Position numbers and translations under genes: made by a program. Below the pieces are notes generated by a model, which worked only from the letters and a program-made list of their open reading frames with translations, was not told the origin of the DNA and searched no databases. A stretch of DNA of 64,000 bases from Bacteroidales bacterium (GTDB lineage Bacteria > Bacteroidota > Bacteroidia > Bacteroidales > Marinilabiliaceae), in assembly GCA_024401415.1 (NCBI GenBank), contig JAKSLC010000001.1:564-64563 (forward strand), given 5' to 3'. Within the stretch, counting starts at the first letter, position 1. Each line of letters starts with the position of its first letter. Positions 10,049 to 19,716 of the stretch are shown here, piece by piece.

Positions 10049-11224
10049 ATGAGATTTATACATAAACTGGCGGTAGCTTTGTGCTGCACATCGCTATTGG
10101 CTTCTTGCTCTAAAAACGTCAAGATACAGGGTTCTATCAGTGGCGCTGCTGATCAGACCATACAACTCCAAGTGGTAGGAGCTGAATCCATATTGGTCGT
10201 TGATTCTACTAAAGTTGCTAGTGATGGTTCTTTTGAACTTGTGGCTCCAGAAAGTACCGAACCTACTTTCTACCGCGCTGTCCTCCCTTCTGGTAAGTCT
10301 ATCGTTTTCGTTGCAGACTCTGCTGAAACTGTCTCTGTAACTGCCGATGCTCAAGCAGCTGATTGGATTGAGAGCGTTAAGTTCGACAATTCTAAAGAGA
10401 GTGCTTTAACTATGCAGGTTGTCGCTCTCGCTGTACCTTTGCAGGATAAGTTGCAGTCTTATGTTAAGAATTCTGATCCTACTAAGGCTAAGGAACTCGA
10501 GTCCGAAATAGAGAACTATAAGAAGGCTATCAAGAAGTTCGTTTTTGACAATCCTAATAGCTGGGCTTCATACTACGCTTTGTACCAGACTCTTCTCGGT
10601 ATGCAGGTTTTCGATATCTACGATATCCAAGATCACGTTTTGTTCTCTGCCGTAGCTACTAGCCTCAATATCGCTTATCCTGACGAGCCTCGCGTAAAGA
10701 CTTTGTGCGACAATGTTTTGCAGGCTCGTGCTCTCAATAAGAAGCAACAGCAGATTCAGGAAATGATTAATAATGCAGAGGTCGCTAATACTCCTGATAT
10801 CGAGTTGCCTGATAAGGATGGCAATTTGCATAAGCTTAGCAATTTCCGCGGCAAGGTTGTCATCCTCCAATTCTGGGCTTCTACAGAAAATGCAAGCAGA
10901 AATAACAACCGTCAATTGGCTTCCTTATATGCTAAGTATAAGTCAAAGGGTCTCGAAATATACTCAGTTTCCCTCGATACTAGCAAACTCCTTTGGGAAG
11001 AGGCTTTGAATCTCGACAAGGTTACTTGGACTAGCGTATGCGATTTCAAAGGCGTAGCGTCTCCTGCTCCTGCTTTGTACAACGTTCGTCCTGTTCAGGC
11101 CGCAGACGGTAGTATCGTTGTTGAGATTCCTCAACTCTTCATCCTCGATAAGGATGGTTCTTTGATTGGCAAGAATCTCTTCGGCAAGCGTCTCGACGAT
11201 AGAATGGCAGAGATATTCCGCTAA
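10049..11224 (+). CDS. TlpA/AhpC-like thioredoxin-fold lipoprotein lacking the CXXC redox motif
   Basis: Lipobox LLASCS. The C-terminal thioredoxin fold (GKVVILQFWAS...LFILDKDG) has TENASR where WCGPCR-type sequence is expected. Confidence 0.72.
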   Translation: MRFIHKLAVALCCTSLLASCSKNVKIQGSISGAADQTIQLQVVGAESILVVDSTKVASDGSFELVAPESTEPTFYRAVLPSGKSIVFVADSAETVSVTADAQAADWIESVKFDNSKESALTMQVVALAVPLQDKLQSYVKNSDPTKAKELESEIENYKKAIKKFVFDNPNSWASYYALYQTLLGMQVFDIYDIQDHVLFSAVATSLNIAYPDEPRVKTLCDNVLQARALNKKQQQIQEMINNAEVANTPDIELPDKDGNLHKLSNFRGKVVILQFWASTENASRNNNRQLASLYAKYKSKGLEIYSVSLDTSKLLWEEALNLDKVTWTSVCDFKGVASPAPALYNVRPVQAADGSIVVEIPQLFILDKDGSLIGKNLFGKRLDDRMAEIFR

Positions 11225-11236
11225 TTCCCACACCTT

Positions 11237-12043
11237 ATGCGTATCTACTTCGCTTCTGATACTCATTTGGGCGCCAAGGCTGTTGGCGACCGCTTGGGGC
11301 AAGAGGTACGCTTTGTGGCTTGGCTCGATAAAATAAAGGACGACGCTGACGCTATATATCTCTTGGGAGATATTTTCGATTATTGGTTCGAATATAAGTC
11401 AGTAGTCCCTAAAGGTTATGTGCGTTTCTTGTCTAAACTCGACGAGCTGACGCAAAAGGGTATAGACATCCATATCTTCACGGGAAACCATGATGTATGG
11501 ATGTTTTCTTACTTACAGCAGGAATTTGGCATTACTGTCCATACCGAACACATGTCTGCCGTGTGGGATAACAAACGTTTCTTCGTCGGACATGGAGATG
11601 GTCTCGGTAGATACGATAAGGGCTACAAATTATTAAAGTGGATATTCACTTGCCGCCCTATCCAAATCGCTTACTCTTGGATCCACCCAGATCTCGCTAA
11701 CTGGATCGCTAATACTTGGTCTCTCCTAAGCAGAAAAAACAACTCCAAAAAGACTAAGTATCATAGTTTCAGAGGTGGCGATAAGGAGATTCAGATTAAG
11801 TATGTAAATGACGAAGAACGGAAAGCCGGCGATAAGTTGTACGATTATTATATCTTCGGTCATCGACATATCCTCGCTGATTACGAGTCTCAATATGGCG
11901 CTCATGTTTTTATCATTGGCGATTGGCTCCATAATTTCTCTTATGCTCTTTGGGATGGCAATAGCTTGAATCTTTTCCAGGTCAATAAGGACAATCCAGC
12001 TGAAGAGCCCGTTTTAGTTACAGATAAGTTCAGTTTCAAATAA
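11237..12043 (+). CDS. lpxH: UDP-2,3-diacylglucosamine diphosphatase
   Basis: Metallophosphatase motifs SDTHLG, LGDIFDYW, GNHD, GHGD in LpxH-like order and length (268 aa). Confidence 0.8.
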   Translation: MRIYFASDTHLGAKAVGDRLGQEVRFVAWLDKIKDDADAIYLLGDIFDYWFEYKSVVPKGYVRFLSKLDELTQKGIDIHIFTGNHDVWMFSYLQQEFGITVHTEHMSAVWDNKRFFVGHGDGLGRYDKGYKLLKWIFTCRPIQIAYSWIHPDLANWIANTWSLLSRKNNSKKTKYHSFRGGDKEIQIKYVNDEERKAGDKLYDYYIFGHRHILADYESQYGAHVFIIGDWLHNFSYALWDGNSLNLFQVNKDNPAEEPVLVTDKFSFK

Positions 12044-12054
12044 CATCTATAGGC

Positions 12055-12396
12055 ATGTCTACAGAGTATCAGATAGAGGACAATGAAAAGTATATCGCCG
12101 TGTCGGCTTATATCACTCCAGCAGGTTGGATTGTCGCCTATCTTTTTAAGTGGATATCCAATATCAATTCTCATTACTGCATTTTCCACCTCAAACAGGG
12201 CCTCGGACAGACTGTCGTTTTCGGCCTTATATGGATATGTATGTCATACGTCGATTGGTATTTCATAAATGAAATAGCAAAATTGGGCTATATCATATTG
12301 CAGACTATAGGTGTCTTGAACGCACTCAATAAAAGGTGCGTCCCCCTGCCTGTATTAGGCAGATTGTATAACAAATGCATCACTATCATTAAGTAG
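12055..12396 (+). CDS. small integral membrane protein (DUF4870-like)
   Basis: 113 aa with three hydrophobic segments and an HLKQGLG motif; tightly packed between lpxH and the antiporter gene. Confidence 0.5.
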   Translation: MSTEYQIEDNEKYIAVSAYITPAGWIVAYLFKWISNINSHYCIFHLKQGLGQTVVFGLIWICMSYVDWYFINEIAKLGYIILQTIGVLNALNKRCVPLPVLGRLYNKCITIIK

Positions 12397-12406
12397 TATA
12401 ATTACC

Positions 12407-13369
12407 ATGGTATTAAGTTCTTTAATTGTTATAGCCGGACTGGTTCTGCTGGTACTTGCTGGCAATGCAATAGTCGATGGCGGTAGTAATATCGCTAGAT
12501 ATATGAAGGTGTCCGAAATGCTCGTCGGTCTAACTATAGTCGCTTTGGGCACTTCTGCTCCAGAACTTGTAGTAAACATCATGTCTTCCATGGATGGACA
12601 TAGCGAATTGGCTATGGGTAATGTCTTGGGGTCTAATAATTTCAATTTGTTCGTGGTTTTAGGCATCTCAGGTATTGTCGCTCCTCTTATCGTGGTCAGA
12701 AAGATGGTCCTTAGAGATATCCCAATGTCTTTCTTGTTCACTATCCTCCTCCTTTTGTTCGGCAACGACTTTTTCGTAAATGGAGGTACTGACTCTTATA
12801 TCGGAAGAATCGATGCCGCTATATTCTTGGTCTGCCTGGGTATCTATATGTTTATCCTATTCGGCGATGCCAAAAAGGATAAGACTAATGAAGAAATAGC
12901 AAAACCTGACATGTCTCTCACTCGGGCTGTACTGTACCTCATAGGTGGACTCATCGGGCTTATCGTTGGAGGTAAATTCGTAGAGCAGGGATCTGTCGAT
13001 ATCGCTTCCGCTCTAGGCGTATCTGAAAAGGTTATTGGCCTTACCGTAGTAGCCGCAGGTACCTCGCTGCCAGAACTTGTCACTAGCATAGTAGCTTGCC
13101 ATAAGGGTAATGTGGGTATGGCCGTCGGAAATATCATCGGCTCTAATATCATGAATATTCTACTCATATTGGGTGTCGGATGTATGATATCTCCTATGCC
13201 GTTCAACCCTAACTTCAATACTGAAATATATGTATTGCTGGCTGGCACCGCAGCTCTCTTCGTTTTCGTATCCCCTCGCTTCTTCTCGCCTTATAAACTC
13301 GATAGAGTCGAAGCAAGTGTTCTGTTGTCTGCTTTCATTGCATACACCGTTTGGTTAATATTGGATTAA
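12407..13369 (+). CDS. Ca2+/Na+ antiporter, CaCA (YrbG) family
   Basis: Two alpha-repeats, GTSAPELVVN and GTSLPELVTS, each followed by GN(V/I)(L/I)GSN; about 10 TM segments. Confidence 0.9.
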   Translation: MVLSSLIVIAGLVLLVLAGNAIVDGGSNIARYMKVSEMLVGLTIVALGTSAPELVVNIMSSMDGHSELAMGNVLGSNNFNLFVVLGISGIVAPLIVVRKMVLRDIPMSFLFTILLLLFGNDFFVNGGTDSYIGRIDAAIFLVCLGIYMFILFGDAKKDKTNEEIAKPDMSLTRAVLYLIGGLIGLIVGGKFVEQGSVDIASALGVSEKVIGLTVVAAGTSLPELVTSIVACHKGNVGMAVGNIIGSNIMNILLILGVGCMISPMPFNPNFNTEIYVLLAGTAALFVFVSPRFFSPYKLDRVEASVLLSAFIAYTVWLILD

Positions 13370-13375
13370 GGTATT

Positions 13376-13870
13376 ATGGGAAAGGTTACAATGATCGTGG
13401 CTGTCGATAGACAGTTGGCTATCGGAAATAAAGGCGACCAGCTCGCTTATATTAGCGAAGATTTGAAACGGTTCAAGGCCCTCACTTCTGGTCACACTGT
13501 GGTTATGGGCAGAAAGACTCAACAGGCTCTCCCCAAGGGTTATTTGCCTAATAGACGCAATATCGTATTGTCTCGTAGCAATATCGAAATACCTAATGTC
13601 GAGGTCATGCACTCGGCTCAGGAGGTGTTCAACGCTTTGGAGGATGACGAGGATTTGTTTGTCATCGGTGGCGCCGTAGTATATAATCTTTTCATGAATC
13701 TGGCAGATGCCATCGAATGGACTCTGATTGACTTCTCTTTCGATGAGTTCGATGTCGTTTTCCCTCAAGTCAATATGAACGAATGGCATATCGTTATGGA
13801 TGGCGAGTGGAAAATAGACGAAAAAAGCGGCTATACTTATAAGTATCAACGATTGGAAAGAATAAAGTAG
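13376..13870 (+). CDS. folA: dihydrofolate reductase
   Basis: MIVAVDRQLAIGNKGDQL...VVMGRKT...RRNIVLSR...FVIGGAVVY pattern of DHFR; 164 aa. Confidence 0.9.
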   Translation: MGKVTMIVAVDRQLAIGNKGDQLAYISEDLKRFKALTSGHTVVMGRKTQQALPKGYLPNRRNIVLSRSNIEIPNVEVMHSAQEVFNALEDDEDLFVIGGAVVYNLFMNLADAIEWTLIDFSFDEFDVVFPQVNMNEWHIVMDGEWKIDEKSGYTYKYQRLERIK

Positions 13871-13892
13871 AAAAGAATTACAAACAAAGTAT

Positions 13893-13900
13893 TATCTTTG
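13893..13900 (+). promoter_or_regulatory. -7 box TAnnTTTG for hisG
   Basis: TATCTTTG lies 63 nt upstream of ATG 13963. Confidence 0.4.
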
Positions 13901-13962
13901 TGGCTCAATTAGATAGGTAATCTATATTACACACAGCACAAACGGAAAAACAACAGACGAAT

Positions 13963-14829
13963 ATGAATCTGAGAATAGCAGTACAGACCAAAGGTCGCCT
14001 CTTCGAGGAAACAATGACTATGCTTTCGGAGTCGAGCATCAAGGTCGAGTCTAGCAAGAGAACTCTCCTTGTACCAGCAAAGAACTTCCCTGTGGAGATC
14101 CTTTATCTCCGCGATGACGATATTCCACAAGCCGTAGCAAGTGGCATTGCCGACGTAGGTATCGTTGGCGAGAATGAGTTCGAAGAGCGTCAGGAAAATG
14201 CAGAAATCATCAAGCGCCTCGACTTCTCTAAGTGCCGCCTATCTTTGGCTATCCCAGAGGTTAAAATGCCAGATTATATTGCACAGGGCCTCAAATGGTT
14301 CAATGGCAAGAAAATCGCTACAAGCTACCCTGGTATATTGAAGAGATTCCTCGATAAGAACCAACTTACTGCAGACATTCATGTCATTACAGGCTCAGTA
14401 GAAATCGCTCCTGGTATCGGTTTGGCCGACTGTATATTCGATATCGTTAGCTCTGGTTCTACATTGGTATCTAATAACCTCAAGGAGGTAGAGATTGTTA
14501 TGCAGAGCGAGGCTGTCCTTATCGGTAATAAGGGGTTGACAGCCGAGAAAAAGGCTATCTTGGACGAAATTCTCTTCCGCTTCGATTCTTACAAGAACGC
14601 CGAGGGTAAGAAGTATATCGTCCTGAATATCCCTACTAACAAGATCAAGGAGGCTAGCGAAATCCTCCCAGGCATGAAGGCTCCAACAGTTACTCCTCTT
14701 GAAACAGAGGGCTGGTCTTCTTTGGCTTCAGTACTCGAGGAGAAGCATTTCTGGGAAATCATCGGCAAACTTAAGCAACTCGGCGCCGAGAGCATCTTGG
14801 TAATGCCTATAGAAAAGATGATTCTTTAA
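13963..14829 (+). CDS. hisG: ATP phosphoribosyltransferase (long form)
   Basis: 288 aa; LRIAVQTKGRL, DDIPQAVASGIADVGIVGEN, DIVSSGSTL and a C-terminal regulatory domain. Confidence 0.92.
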   Translation: MNLRIAVQTKGRLFEETMTMLSESSIKVESSKRTLLVPAKNFPVEILYLRDDDIPQAVASGIADVGIVGENEFEERQENAEIIKRLDFSKCRLSLAIPEVKMPDYIAQGLKWFNGKKIATSYPGILKRFLDKNQLTADIHVITGSVEIAPGIGLADCIFDIVSSGSTLVSNNLKEVEIVMQSEAVLIGNKGLTAEKKAILDEILFRFDSYKNAEGKKYIVLNIPTNKIKEASEILPGMKAPTVTPLETEGWSSLASVLEEKHFWEIIGKLKQLGAESILVMPIEKMIL

Positions 14830-14848
14830 TAACAATAATATCACAACA

Positions 14849-14887
14849 CAAAAAGAGATGCCGCAATCGTGACATCTCTTTTTTTCA
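14849..14887. terminator. Bidirectional terminator between hisG and the sugar operon
   Basis: AGAGATG (14854-14860) / CATCTCT (14873-14879), flanked by an A-run and a T-run. Confidence 0.6.
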
Positions 14888-14902
14888 TCTTTTTTTATCG
14901 CC

Positions 14903-15925
14903 TTACTCAGCCATATCCACAAGTATTCTGAATACTTTTCCTGGGTTCTTGTCCCACCATTCCATTACCTCTTCGGTATCTTCTGGTTTAACAATCTTAG
15001 TTATCAACTCATCTACAGGACAAGTTCCTCTCTCCAAATAACGTATCACTCCTCTGAAATCTGATGGCGTAGCATTGCGCGATCCTCTGATGTCTAGCTC
15101 TTTCTGTACAAAGTACTTCGTCTGAAATGACACCTCACTCTTCGCATAGCCTATGCATATTACACGACCGGTAAAGGCAACCTCATCAACTGCCATCTGG
15201 TATGTTGCAGGCGAACCTACTGCCTCTATTATTACATCTGGCCCAAATCCATTAGTAATAGCCTGAAGCTGCTCATGTACATCTTTACCCATCGTATTTA
15301 TGGCATATGCCGCACCCATACGTTTGGCTAGAGCCAGTTTCTCATCGTCTATATCGGCTGCTATTACTATAGCTCCTCGCTCAGACGCTCTTACTATAGC
15401 TCCCATACCTACCATGCCACAGCCTATTACCATTACTACATCTATATCTGTAACTTCTGCCCTGGAAACAGCATGAAATCCTACACTCATAGGCTCTATC
15501 AAGGCACAATCGCGTGGCGATATATTTCCAGCTGGTATTATCTTCTCCCATGGAAGTGATATATACTCACTCATCGCTCCATCTCTCTGAACGCCAAGTG
15601 TCTGGTTGTGCTGGCAAGCGTTTACTCTTCCATTTCTGCACGATGCACATTTGCCACAGTTGGTATATGGGTTCAATGTCACTGTCATTCCCACTTTAAG
15701 TGTATCTGGCACATTCTTGCCCACTGCCTCTATCACAGCACCTACTTCGTGTCCTGGAATAACTGGCATCTTTGCCAATGCATTTCGTCCTCGCCAGGTA
15801 TTGAGGTCCGATCCGCAAAAACCTACATATTTAAGTTTTACCAAGACTTCATTGTCTCGGATTTCTGGTTTCTCTACGCTAACTACTTCTAATCTGCCTG
15901 GATTAGTTATTTGTACAGCTTTCAT
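14903..15925 (-). CDS. Zn-dependent medium-chain dehydrogenase (candidate L-galactonate 5-dehydrogenase)
   Basis: GHEVGAVIEAVG catalytic Zn motif, structural Zn cluster CGKCASCRNGRVNAC, Rossmann VIGCGMVG; last gene of a four-gene operon. Confidence 0.82.
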   Translation of the reverse strand: MKAVQITNPGRLEVVSVEKPEIRDNEVLVKLKYVGFCGSDLNTWRGRNALAKMPVIPGHEVGAVIEAVGKNVPDTLKVGMTVTLNPYTNCGKCASCRNGRVNACQHNQTLGVQRDGAMSEYISLPWEKIIPAGNISPRDCALIEPMSVGFHAVSRAEVTDIDVVMVIGCGMVGMGAIVRASERGAIVIAADIDDEKLALAKRMGAAYAINTMGKDVHEQLQAITNGFGPDVIIEAVGSPATYQMAVDEVAFTGRVICIGYAKSEVSFQTKYFVQKELDIRGSRNATPSDFRGVIRYLERGTCPVDELITKIVKPEDTEEVMEWWDKNPGKVFRILVDMAE

Positions 15926-15949
15926 CTTGTTTTGTATTCTTTTGTTGGT

Positions 15950-17134
15950 TTATCTGTTTTCTACAATATGTCCTCGCCATCCATAGTACGCACAGAACGC
16001 AAAGCATATGGCTGGAATAATATATGCTATTTGGTATATCTCTGGGTTGCTGTTCATAATATAGGCTGTCAACTGCGGTAGACAAGCATTGCCTACTATA
16101 GCCATTACTAGAAAGGCTGAGCCACTCTTTGTCTGCTTTCCTAACCCGGTTAACGCCATGCTGAACTGGGTCGGATACATAATACTCATGAAGAATGATA
16201 TGGCCATCATCGCCCATATTCCTGCTTCTCCTCCAAGTGTACTCACTATAATGCATAGCAACACGTTGGCTAATGCGTATACCAATAGCATGTTCTGCGG
16301 TTTATAGCGCCCCATAAGCCAGGTTCCTATCCATCTGCCCAACAGAAAGCATAGCATATACAGCCCAAAGTATGTCGTAGCCGTATCTTCTTCTATTCCA
16401 GCGTATGTACAGCAGTATACTAGGAATAGACTGTTTATGGCGGTCTGACCTCCGTTGTAGAAGAATTGTGCTATGACGCCCCAACGTAGATGCCTGTGCT
16501 TGAGAACACTGAATTCTATCAGTTTCTCTTCCTTGTTGTTCTGTACCTCTATTTCGTCTGATGTCTTGGGCATGTGAGCAAATACAAATATAACTGCCGC
16601 TATTATCAGTATGCCTCCCAGTATGAAGTACACTCCCGTGAAGTTGCCGCTAGACAGAACAGATTTGCTCAAAAACATCGCCGCTATGAACGCTCCAAGT
16701 CCGTTGAATGCTTGGGCCAGGTTCAGTCTTCTTGGCGCCGTGTCAGACTCCCCAAGTGCTGTCACGTATGGGTTGGCCGCTGTCTCTAAGAAACACATTC
16801 CCGTAGCTATAAGAAAGAATATCGCTAGATAAACGCCATAGTTGTTTATCTCAGAGGCAGGAAAGAACAAGAATGCCCCAAGGGCCGCCAATGACAACCC
16901 AAAGATTATTCCGGCTTTGTAACTGTAGCGCTTGAGAAACATCGCTATCGGTATCGGACATATAAAGTAGGCCAGCCAGTATGCACTCTCCGTAAATGAC
17001 GCCTGAAATGGGTTGAGGTTGCACGATTTCATCAACTGGCGTATCATGGTCGGGAGCAGGTTACTGCTTATCGCCCATAGAAAAAAGAGACTGAATACTA
17101 ACGCCAATGGTAATATGTAGTTGTTCTTTTTCAT
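15950..17134 (-). CDS. MFS sugar:H+ symporter, FucP family
   Basis: 394 aa, 12 TM segments; N-terminus LFFLWAISSNLLPTMIRQL is typical of L-fucose permease-type MFS. Confidence 0.85.
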   Translation of the reverse strand: MKKNNYILPLALVFSLFFLWAISSNLLPTMIRQLMKSCNLNPFQASFTESAYWLAYFICPIPIAMFLKRYSYKAGIIFGLSLAALGAFLFFPASEINNYGVYLAIFFLIATGMCFLETAANPYVTALGESDTAPRRLNLAQAFNGLGAFIAAMFLSKSVLSSGNFTGVYFILGGILIIAAVIFVFAHMPKTSDEIEVQNNKEEKLIEFSVLKHRHLRWGVIAQFFYNGGQTAINSLFLVYCCTYAGIEEDTATTYFGLYMLCFLLGRWIGTWLMGRYKPQNMLLVYALANVLLCIIVSTLGGEAGIWAMMAISFFMSIMYPTQFSMALTGLGKQTKSGSAFLVMAIVGNACLPQLTAYIMNSNPEIYQIAYIIPAICFAFCAYYGWRGHIVENR

Positions 17135-18018
17135 TCTGACATGTTTTTGATGTATGGTAATTCTGGCAACTCTCTGAACCCATATAGCTTTTGGGCATTG
17201 CCTCCTAGAAAGGCTGCTTTCTCTGCCTCTGTAAGCATGTTGCTTTTTACTACAAAGTCATAGCTCATCTTGTAGGTAATGGCTGTTATGGTCCTAGGAT
17301 AGTCTGACCCCCACATGAGTTTCTCTATGCCAACCTCATCTGCCGCTTCTCGTATCGCTTGCATTGCTGATGGATAGGGATAGAATTCATCGTTGAATAG
17401 CCATGTTATTCCTCCACTCTCAACATAGACGTTCTTGTGTCTGGCTAGCTTTATCTGCTCCATCCACCGCGGTGTCGTTACCATTCCAAAGTGACCTATT
17501 ACTATCGTCAGGTCCGGACATGCCTCTATTATCGTCTCTACCTCTTTAAGTTGATGGTTGTCTTCATGCAGACATAACGAGAGTATCATTTCCTCTCTCT
17601 CCATGAATCTGAACATCGGCATCATGTCTGTCAATGGTGTGTCGAGTCTGTGTCCTGGTATCGCTATGCCTCGCATACCTTTTCGCTTCACATCCTCTGC
17701 TTCTTGAAGACTCAACGCCATGCCCATGCAGAAGAATCGCCCTGGGTATCTGCTTTGCACGTCTTGCAGATACTCATTCTGATTGCCGTCAATAAACTCT
17801 TGCACTACTACCGCACCTCCTACTTGTGCGTAGTCCATATTGCTTAGAAATACCTCCGCCGTATTGCGCCCATCTATCATAAAGGGTGGAAGCATCTGAC
17901 GCTCTTCTCCAAAGAATATCGATCTGGATGGGTTGCTGGCTAGACTCCTTATGGGCTGCCCGTCTACTATAGTATCTTGCTTAAGCCATAAGTGACTGTG
18001 CGCATCTATTATTACCAT
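17131..18018 (-). CDS. amidohydrolase-2 family protein (candidate aldono-1,5-lactonase)
   Basis: N-terminal IDAHSHLW (HxH) metal motif; TIM-barrel amidohydrolase length; stop overlaps the permease start (ATGA). Confidence 0.8.
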   Translation of the reverse strand: MVIIDAHSHLWLKQDTIVDGQPIRSLASNPSRSIFFGEERQMLPPFMIDGRNTAEVFLSNMDYAQVGGAVVVQEFIDGNQNEYLQDVQSRYPGRFFCMGMALSLQEAEDVKRKGMRGIAIPGHRLDTPLTDMMPMFRFMEREEMILSLCLHEDNHQLKEVETIIEACPDLTIVIGHFGMVTTPRWMEQIKLARHKNVYVESGGITWLFNDEFYPYPSAMQAIREAADEVGIEKLMWGSDYPRTITAITYKMSYDFVVKSNMLTEAEKAAFLGGNAQKLYGFRELPELPYIKNMSE

Positions 18019-18047
18019 AATACTCTGATGTATAAATGGGTAGACTC

Positions 18048-18995
18048 TTAGCTGTTATGCCAGCGTACTCGCATCTGGTCGCCTATTATCTCCTGAACTT
18101 CTTTTACAAGATTCCAGTCTATAGGCGCCTCTGCATACTCTATGTTCTTCTTCACGTTGTCAGGGTTTGCCGACGAGAAGAGGGTGGTCGCTATACGCGG
18201 ACTGGATATCGCATACTGAATGGCTAGTTTCTCTGCCGGATATCCTTTGGCATTACAGTGAGCCACAGCTTTCGCACACGCCTCTACCAGCGCTTTTGGC
18301 GCAGGATGCCAGTCTGGTACTCCTCTCGTTCCTAAGAGACCCATTGATAGTGGCGATGCGTTGATTATTCCTATGTTTCTACTTTCAAAGAAGTCAAAGT
18401 AGTCGTTCAGCAGCTCATCGTTAAGGCTGTAATGACAGAAGCATAGTACGCTCTCTACCGTTCCGGCAGGTACATGTTCTATAACCCATTTCAAGTTCTC
18501 TGGCTGTAAATCGGTAATGCCCACATGACTCACTACTCCTTTTTCCCGCAACTCTACTAAGGCTGGCAATGTCTCTTCTGCTACCTTTGCTAATCCCCCT
18601 GGCAATGACGCCTGAAATTCTATATCATGAACATTTATGAGGTCTATATGGTCTATATTGAGTCGCTCCATACTCTCATATACACTGTCGGTTACGCGCT
18701 TGGCACTGTAGTCCCATGTGTTTACCCCATCTTTACCATAGCGACCTACTTTGGTGGATAGGTAATATTTATCTCTCGGTATCTGCTTCAGGGCTTTGCC
18801 TAATACAGTCTCTGCTTTGTAATGTCCATAGTAGGGCGATACGTCTATGAAGTTCATGCCGCCTTCTATCGCTGCAAATACTGCTTCTATCGCCTTTCCT
18901 TCGTTTATCTCATGAAAGACTCCGCCTAATGAAGACGCACCGAATGAAAGATTGGATACCTTCATCCCGGTTTTTCCTATCTCTTGGAATATCAT
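18048..18995 (-). CDS. aldo/keto reductase (candidate L-galactose / L-fucose 1-dehydrogenase)
   Basis: AKR pattern SNLSFGASSLGG, IDVSPYYG, STKVGRY, IINASPLSMGLL. Confidence 0.85.
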   Translation of the reverse strand: MIFQEIGKTGMKVSNLSFGASSLGGVFHEINEGKAIEAVFAAIEGGMNFIDVSPYYGHYKAETVLGKALKQIPRDKYYLSTKVGRYGKDGVNTWDYSAKRVTDSVYESMERLNIDHIDLINVHDIEFQASLPGGLAKVAEETLPALVELREKGVVSHVGITDLQPENLKWVIEHVPAGTVESVLCFCHYSLNDELLNDYFDFFESRNIGIINASPLSMGLLGTRGVPDWHPAPKALVEACAKAVAHCNAKGYPAEKLAIQYAISSPRIATTLFSSANPDNVKKNIEYAEAPIDWNLVKEVQEIIGDQMRVRWHNS

Positions 18996-19109
18996 ACTGC
19001 TTATTTTTGATTTGTGTTAACGGTTCTGAATAATATGCCGTAAAGATAAACAAAAAGGTCTTATTCCTGATGTTTCCACTCAAATAATCATATTTCTCAT
19101 ATAATTATT

Positions 19110-19613
19110 CTAACCGGCCATCCGCATTACTACTCCATAGTACTCGTCTACATCTCCAAATTTCTTGTAGTAGAATGGCGACTCTTCTTCTTCTCTCTTT
19201 TCCCACTCCGCATATCTCCCCATCATTGCTATGCCTCGCTCCTTGTCCACATATCTCTTATCTCTGCATAGTCTCAATGCCTCATCCAAGGCCATTTCAT
19301 TCTCTTTCAGTAGATTATAGAAAAACGACACCGCCATTCTGTGTGCTCCTCTTACTTTGTGCTGCTTGGCTACTCTGGCCCAGTGTCTCTTCTTGTTCCA
19401 TTGCTTCAATTCGTACGAGGCTAGTTTCTGCGCATCTGCAAATATATCTCTGCATCGTCTCTGCTTCTTTGTTACTCTCACTCCTATCAGACGATACTCC
19501 CCATGATAGCGTTTTATAAACACACTCTTTCCCGTGATACGGGCATTATTATCTTTCCTAGCCTTCTCTCTGGCTATCATTATGCATTTATGTACTATCT
19601 CTATTCGTGCCAT
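19110..19613 (-). CDS. hypothetical, highly basic protein (167 aa)
   Basis: ATG-initiated ORF with its own CAAATATA (-7 box complement) 29 nt upstream; K/R-rich; no recognisable domain. Confidence 0.5.
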   Translation of the reverse strand: MARIEIVHKCIMIAREKARKDNNARITGKSVFIKRYHGEYRLIGVRVTKKQRRCRDIFADAQKLASYELKQWNKKRHWARVAKQHKVRGAHRMAVSFFYNLLKENEMALDEALRLCRDKRYVDKERGIAMMGRYAEWEKREEEESPFYYKKFGDVDEYYGVVMRMAG

Positions 19614-19641
19614 TCTGTATTCTATGAAGCTTTCGTGTGTG

Positions 19642-19649
19642 CAAATATA
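19642..19649 (-). promoter_or_regulatory. -7 box (TATATTTG on minus strand) for ORF 19110-19613
   Basis: CAAATATA on the plus strand; the 10-mer GCAAATATAG recurs at 19669-19678. Confidence 0.35.
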
Positions 19650-19683
19650 GAAATAAAAAAAACTGCGAGCAAATATAGTCTTC

Positions 19684-19716
19684 CCCGAGTGTAGCCCGAG
19701 TGTAGCCCGAATGTAG
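19684..19716. repeat. Tandem direct repeat, 11 bp x 3
   Basis: CCCGAGTGTAG CCCGAGTGTAG CCCGAATGTAG read directly from the sequence. Confidence 0.9.

Noticed and set aside
12355-13248. Two long minus-strand ORFs (136 and 134 aa) inside the antiporter gene
   Set aside because: The plus strand encodes a CaCA antiporter with both alpha-repeats. The antisense products are low-complexity S/T/P-rich.
13355-13849. 164-aa minus-strand ORF of the same length as folA
   Set aside because: The plus-strand translation is an unmistakable DHFR. The antisense ORF is a mirror artefact, and the equal length is coincidental.
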